Shown: positions 59,223 through 64,000 of the stretch, one piece after another
Position numbering within the stretch: position 1 is the stretch's first letter
Layout: each line of letters begins with the position of its first letter
Assembly: GCA_963663765.2 (NCBI GenBank)
Contig: CAXXUA010000004.1
Span: 608,001-672,000 of the forward strand
Length of the DNA stretch: 64,000 bases
Direction: 5' to 3'
Origin: Candidatus Poribacteria bacterium
GTDB taxonomy: Bacteria > Poribacteria > WGA-4E > WGA-3G
Notes under the pieces: model-generated
The model's database searches: none
What the model was told of the DNA's origin: nothing
What the model saw: the letters and a program-made list of their open reading frames with translations, nothing else
Program-made: the position numbers and the translations under genes

Positions 59223-59343
59223 CAGGGGTATTCAGTTTTCCTAATTTTTGGATATTTCAAAAAAGAAACCCCGCGGTAGGAGCGACCTCCCGGTCGCGAT
59301 TTTCTCAGGAAACAGCTAAAATGCCTAAAACTAAATAACCCTG
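59223..59343. mobile_element. MITE family 2 copy carrying one REP
   Basis: CAGGGGTATTCAGTTTT / AAAACTAAATAACCCTG; 9-bp duplication ATATGCCAA (59214-59222, 59344-59352); internal GTAGGAGCGACCTCCCGGTCGCGA. Confidence 0.87.
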
Positions 59344-59345
59344 AT

Positions 59346-59903
59346 ATGCCAAGTAAAACTCATTCAACAGCAGTTGTAATAATTCCACCCGAAGAAGTGC
59401 AACCACCGATTCAATCCATCCGCCGCATACATGATCGTAACTTTGAGCGATGGATGCCACATATTACACTGCTTTACCCGTTTACATCGCAAAGTAATTT
59501 TGATAGTATAAAACCAATTCTTGCCGAAGTCACACAACAAATGACTCCTTTAGTTGTTAAGCTTGCATCCTTTGACGCATTTAGACATAGTAAGACTAGC
59601 ACGCTTTTTCTCATACCAGAACCTAAATACGAAATCGTTGCATTGCACGAAACACTCTTGCAGTCTCTTCCAGAATATGACGACACCTCAAGGTATCACG
59701 GTGGATTCAATCCTCACCTATCTGTAGGACAATTTCAACACAATCTGCTTAGTAATGCAAAGCAACGATTACAGGAAAACTGGAAACCTGTTGAGTTTTT
59801 ACTTGATTCTTTTTCACTTATTTATCGGTCAGAAAAAACAGAAGATCGGTTTGTTATAGCAGAAACCTTCCTATTTAGTAAAGGAGACAAAAATGAAAAT
59901 TAA
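59346..59903 (+). CDS. 2H phosphoesterase (2'-5' RNA ligase family)
   Basis: Two HxT/S motifs: WMPHITLLYPF and FNPHLSVG. Confidence 0.88.
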   Translation: MPSKTHSTAVVIIPPEEVQPPIQSIRRIHDRNFERWMPHITLLYPFTSQSNFDSIKPILAEVTQQMTPLVVKLASFDAFRHSKTSTLFLIPEPKYEIVALHETLLQSLPEYDDTSRYHGGFNPHLSVGQFQHNLLSNAKQRLQENWKPVEFLLDSFSLIYRSEKTEDRFVIAETFLFSKGDKNEN

Positions 59904-61059
59904 TATAAAAATCTTATATTTAACGTTTATATCAATCTTAGTCTTATCGATTGTTGGTTGCGAAAAGATTACACGAGTAGTTACACAGGAGAGTGATTCA
60001 ACAGTAAGAATCGGGATTATTCAACCGTCGGGACTTGCACCCAGCTTTGCCACAGGAGCAGAACTCACACGGTCTCAGATCAATAAAAATGGTGGTGTAC
60101 TTGGTATGCAAGTTGAATTCATCGTTATGGACAATCAAGGTATGCGCGATTTTCCTGACCCCGACGAAAGTGTTCGTATTGCCAAAACTCTTATTGAGGA
60201 TGAAGGTGTCGTTGCGATCCTTGGACCACTGCTCTCAACAAATTCTACAAAGGTCGGTCCTGTGGTTACAGCCCTAAAACGTCCCATCATTACTGGATCA
60301 TCTGGACAAAACGTTACTGCAACGGGAGAATATGTATTTATCGCGGTTGCACCATCATCAATTCAAGGTGCTACTACTGCGAAATTTGCCCTGGACCCCA
60401 ACGAACTAAACGCGGAAACTGCAGCAACTATAAGACAAGAAGGGGATGTATACTCTAATGCGGTAGCAGATGCTTTTGAAGAGAACTTTGAAAAACTTGG
60501 GGGAGAAGTCGTCGCTACAGAATTCTACCAACATGGTGATAGAGAGTATGATTCGCAGCTAACAAATATTAGAGACGCTGCACCAGATGTACTTTTAATT
60601 GCTGGTTTTATTCCTGAAGTGCCATTGTTAGCAGCACGAACAAGAGAAATGGGTATTGATGCTACTTTTATCGGTACAAACGGTTGGGATGAACCCGTCA
60701 AACTCTTCAATACATTGGACGACAACACACCATTAGAAGGTGCATTTTTCACAAGAGATTTTAGTGTTGAATCACCCGATGCTGCTGGTTTTGTACAGGC
60801 ATATACCGAATTACATAACGTTGCACCTGATGGTCCTGCCTCATGGGGTTATGATGCTATGTCTCTGTTGGGAATTGCTATAGAAACTGCGGGAAATCTT
60901 GATCCTACTTCAATACGAGACGCTTTAGCCAATGTTACTGATTACCAAGGTGCATCTACAATCTCACATTTTGATGAGAACCGACATCCTGTCAAGAACC
61001 TGCTGCTTCATACTATTCGCAACGAACATATAGTCCTATATAAATCCATTGATCCGTAA
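59893..61059 (+). CDS. Branched-chain amino acid-type ABC substrate-binding lipoprotein
   Basis: Lipobox IVGC; INKNGGVLG, AILGPLLS, GYDAM motifs. Confidence 0.9.
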   Translation: MKINIKILYLTFISILVLSIVGCEKITRVVTQESDSTVRIGIIQPSGLAPSFATGAELTRSQINKNGGVLGMQVEFIVMDNQGMRDFPDPDESVRIAKTLIEDEGVVAILGPLLSTNSTKVGPVVTALKRPIITGSSGQNVTATGEYVFIAVAPSSIQGATTAKFALDPNELNAETAATIRQEGDVYSNAVADAFEENFEKLGGEVVATEFYQHGDREYDSQLTNIRDAAPDVLLIAGFIPEVPLLAARTREMGIDATFIGTNGWDEPVKLFNTLDDNTPLEGAFFTRDFSVESPDAAGFVQAYTELHNVAPDGPASWGYDAMSLLGIAIETAGNLDPTSIRDALANVTDYQGASTISHFDENRHPVKNLLLHTIRNEHIVLYKSIDP

Positions 61060-61062
61060 AAA

Positions 61063-61527
61063 TTATTTGTCTATTTCATCGGGCGGTCTGTCAATTACCC
61101 AATTACTAATGTAGTCAACATCACGTACAACCTCTCCCGTAGATTTCAATCTATACTCTGCCCCCGGTGTAGCAGGTTCAAGAGATTCAAGGTCGGGTGG
61201 TAAGGATAACTCTCCTTTGCCATCAGCCCTATTGATAAAGATACCGTTCTTAGTGATTCGTGTGATTTTTCCATGCAGTTGAATACGTTTGATAACTACT
61301 CCATCAGTATTGCGATACGCGAGTCCTGCCAGCAGATGCTTACCAATATATGCTTTTGCTTCTTCCATTTCCACTTGATCCTCTGTTTGTGAAGCGTCTT
61401 GCGATTCTACAATTTCAGTACGATCTTTATTGATATTATCATTTGATTTTGGTTTAACTCTTGAAGTACATCCTAAGAATAGGACAACTACCAGTGTTAA
61501 TGTGATGAAAATATTAATCTGTTTCAT
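61063..61527 (-). CDS. Hypothetical lipoprotein
   Basis: Lipobox FLGC; GAGG RBS. Confidence 0.8.
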   Translation of the reverse strand: MKQINIFITLTLVVVLFLGCTSRVKPKSNDNINKDRTEIVESQDASQTEDQVEMEEAKAYIGKHLLAGLAYRNTDGVVIKRIQLHGKITRITKNGIFINRADGKGELSLPPDLESLEPATPGAEYRLKSTGEVVRDVDYISNWVIDRPPDEIDK

Positions 61528-61635
61528 TATATTTCCTCATGCGTTTTAATCTGTTGAAAGTTTAGCAGAATTGTATCACATGTTCAAGATAAAAACTAAC
61601 GCAGTTCGTACAAAGAATGGTGTTATCAATATTTA

Positions 61636-61773
61636 TTGTCTGATCCAAGATTTTCAATTAACAGGATTTAAATCAACAAGGATTTTTAATGTGCGTTTAT
61701 GTGTTCTTTTTGAATAAGATTTGATGGGAAAATCCTGCTAATCTGTAAATCCTGAAAATCGTGGTTCAGACAA
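61636..61773. repeat. Imperfect inverted-repeat element (TTGTCTGA...TCAGACAA)
   Basis: Arms with repeated AGGATTT / AAATCCTG sub-motifs. Confidence 0.6.
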
Positions 61774-61879
61774 AGAATGAGTTAACTCTCAAAATTAGCA
61801 AACTAAGGGACTAACGCTTGTGATAGAATTTACTCAAAAAATCAAAAACTGAATAATCCTAACCGATACAACACAATGA

Positions 61880-61908
61880 TTGACATATTCAACGTGAGAG
61901 AGTATAAT
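61880..61908 (+). promoter_or_regulatory. Consensus sigma70 promoter
   Basis: TTGACA-17 nt-TATAAT. Confidence 0.7.
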
Positions 61909-61973
61909 GTCCCATTAGTTGAAAGATAATAATCTAAATATGAAAATTGAAAGATATTAAGTTTTCCCGAACC

Positions 61974-62221
61974 ATGAAATATCTGATATTCTTTTTCTAT
62001 TTGTAAGCGTATTTATCGGTTGTGTTTCTACACAGCACATTGAAATCCGAAAAGAAAACATAACACCCCAAGCAGAGAATCTTGAGAAAGTAGTTGTTGA
62101 AAATCATAAGAATTTACGATATGTCTCTCTAAAATCTAATCCGATTGTTGACATGTCTCCATTACAGAAACTACGTAAACATAATTCAAAGTTGAAGGTT
62201 TTAACCGAAGAATCAGAATAG
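61974..62221 (+). pseudogene. Frameshifted lipoprotein remnant with one LRR-like repeat
   Basis: ATG frame stops after 10 codons; shifted frame reads FLFVSVFIGC...NLRYVSLKSNPIVDMSPLQKL. Confidence 0.55.
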
Positions 62222-62266
62222 TGTTTGTCCAACGATTTTCATTTTATAAATAGCAAAGGAATTTTT

Positions 62267-63871
62267 ATGCTTCTGACACTCAAACAAGCAAGCCAATGGG
62301 CATCAGACTTCCTCAATAGGAACGTTACCACTGCAAATATTTCCTACTTGATACAGTATGGGCAAATTGAACCAGTACTGAAGAATGGGACAACGTTGGT
62401 TTCATTGGATAGTCTTGAAGAATATTATGGACAAAGCAATCGTGAAAGGCATTGGAAAAACGAACTCGGGGATGACCTGAATTGGGCTCTGTCTTTTGAG
62501 GAGTACAAAGAAGCAGAGACGACAAAACATGTTCATCGATTACATCCTTACAAAGGTAAATTCATTCCGCAATTGGTTGAATACTTTTTAGACCGACATA
62601 AAGACGAATTTAAAAAGGATACATATTTCAAACCTGAAGACATTGTTCTTGATCCGTTTTGTGGCAGTGGAACTACCTTGGTGCAAGCAAACGAACTCGG
62701 AATGCATGCAATTAGGATTGATGTTTCAGCATTTAATACATTCATAAGCAATGCAAAAGTAGACACATTCAACTATGTTCATCTATATGATGTAGGAATG
62801 AAAATTACAGCATCACTTAAGAATCTTGTTGCACAATCGGGGGTAATTGAGTTTGAAATCCAACTTGGGGATAAACTCAAAGAATACAACAATGTGTACT
62901 TTCCCGTTTCGTTCAAACGCAAAGTTAGAAACGGTGAAATAGATCAGAAAAAGTATGGAACTGAGAAAGAGAAAGCTTTTATTGATACCTACTCTCAATT
63001 GGTATCTGAGCATCAGATTGATATAAATATGCCACAGGACTCTGCGCGTTTTATGAAACAGTGGTATCTGCCGGAAGTCAGAGCAGAAATAGATTTTGTC
63101 TACAATGAAATACGTAAAGTAGAAGATACGTCACTACAAAAAGCATTGATGCTGATTTTAAGCAGGACGATTCGTTCTTGTAGAGCTACAACGCACGCAG
63201 ATTTAGGAACTTTACGGAAACCTGTTACAACAACTTATTATTGCCGTAAGCATGGAAAAATATGTAAACCACTTTTTTCCATTTTAGGATGGTGGGAAAG
63301 ATATTGTAAAGATAGCCTACAAAGATGGATTGAATTCAGTAAGATAAAGACAGATACATTTCAACATTGCATTACGGGTGATTCTCAAACGATTGATATC
63401 TTTCCAGTTTTAAAGCAGGAAAAATCAGAATTGCTTAAATTAGCAAAAGAACAGAAAATTAATGGCATCTTTACAAGTCCACCTTATGTTGGCCTCATCA
63501 ACTATCATGAGCAACACGCGTATGCTTATGATTTGTTTGGTTTCAAAAGATTAGATGAGTTAGAAATTGGACCGTTGTTTAGAGGAAAAGGAAGAGAAGC
63601 GAGAGAATCTTATGTTCAAGGTGTTGCACAGGTATTCAAAAACTGCAAGAAGTATTTAGCAGATGATTACAATGTCTTTGTTGTGGCAAATGATAAGTTT
63701 AATATGTATCCTACCATTGCAGAAATTGCAGGTATGCACATAGTTAATGAACATAAGCGACCAGTACTAAATCGCACAGAAAAAAATCGTGAGTCAGCGT
63801 ATTCCGAAACTATATTCCATTTGAAAAACATACCTGGTAAAAAGGTTATGTCACATGAAAAATACTTTTGA
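62267..63871 (+). CDS. Site-specific N4-cytosine/N6-adenine DNA methyltransferase with N-terminal HTH
   Basis: HRLHPYKGKFIPQL, LDPFCGSGTT (motif I), FTSPPY (motif IV), alpha-class order. Confidence 0.9.
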   Translation: MLLTLKQASQWASDFLNRNVTTANISYLIQYGQIEPVLKNGTTLVSLDSLEEYYGQSNRERHWKNELGDDLNWALSFEEYKEAETTKHVHRLHPYKGKFIPQLVEYFLDRHKDEFKKDTYFKPEDIVLDPFCGSGTTLVQANELGMHAIRIDVSAFNTFISNAKVDTFNYVHLYDVGMKITASLKNLVAQSGVIEFEIQLGDKLKEYNNVYFPVSFKRKVRNGEIDQKKYGTEKEKAFIDTYSQLVSEHQIDINMPQDSARFMKQWYLPEVRAEIDFVYNEIRKVEDTSLQKALMLILSRTIRSCRATTHADLGTLRKPVTTTYYCRKHGKICKPLFSILGWWERYCKDSLQRWIEFSKIKTDTFQHCITGDSQTIDIFPVLKQEKSELLKLAKEQKINGIFTSPPYVGLINYHEQHAYAYDLFGFKRLDELEIGPLFRGKGREARESYVQGVAQVFKNCKKYLADDYNVFVVANDKFNMYPTIAEIAGMHIVNEHKRPVLNRTEKNRESAYSETIFHLKNIPGKKVMSHEKYF

Positions 63872-63910
63872 AACAACAAATTATGGTATGAACGACTTGG
63901 AGGAAAATTA

Positions 63911-64000
63911 ATGTCTCAAATCAAATCGGTGTTGCTATGGGAAAACCAAAGGCGTTATATCCGTGAAGCGATAGATGCAGGCACGCTCATTGGAGCGATA
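63911..64000 (+). CDS. Start of a gene truncated by the window end
   Basis: GGAGGA RBS, then MSQIKSVLLWENQRRYIREAIDAGTLIGAI open to the edge. Confidence 0.55.
   Translation, partial: MSQIKSVLLWENQRRYIREAIDAGTLIGAI

Noticed and set aside
125-63879. Numerous short antisense or out-of-frame ORFs overlapping long genes
   Set aside because: Shadow ORFs of well-supported genes with no independent evidence

Overview
Chromosomal window of a diderm bacterium, probably Candidatus Poribacteria. That is an inference from a secreted protein ending in VEPKGKLTTMWADIKRK. Housekeeping content: hflX, tRNA-Leu(CAA), purH/purM/purF, mfd, three parvulin/SurA foldases, an LptD-like protein, TonB-dependent receptors and TonB. 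Accessory content: an intact ISKra4-like IS, a type I R-M operon (hsdM-hsdS...hsdR-M48 peptidase) and an N4/N6 DNA methyltransferase. The R-M operon carries a HEPN-like gene, a REP-associated tyrosine transposase (RAYT) and a DUF4062/RecG-C-like gene. Intergenic DNA is a dense, nested repeat ecosystem: several GTAG-type REP families; five head-to-tail REP arrays (7-48 units), all in the same strand orientation; five MITE families with different target duplications, all carrying REPs; and a recurring 34-44 bp micro-insert at a fixed position inside REPs. Strongest candidates for something undescribed: (i) an LptD-like barrel with about 410 aa of parvulin PPIase domains inserted in a predicted periplasmic turn, at the end of a foldase cluster; (ii) the REP-targeting micro-element; (iii) polarised one-arm REP amplification beside a RAYT. 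All family assignments come from motif recognition by eye; no searches were run.
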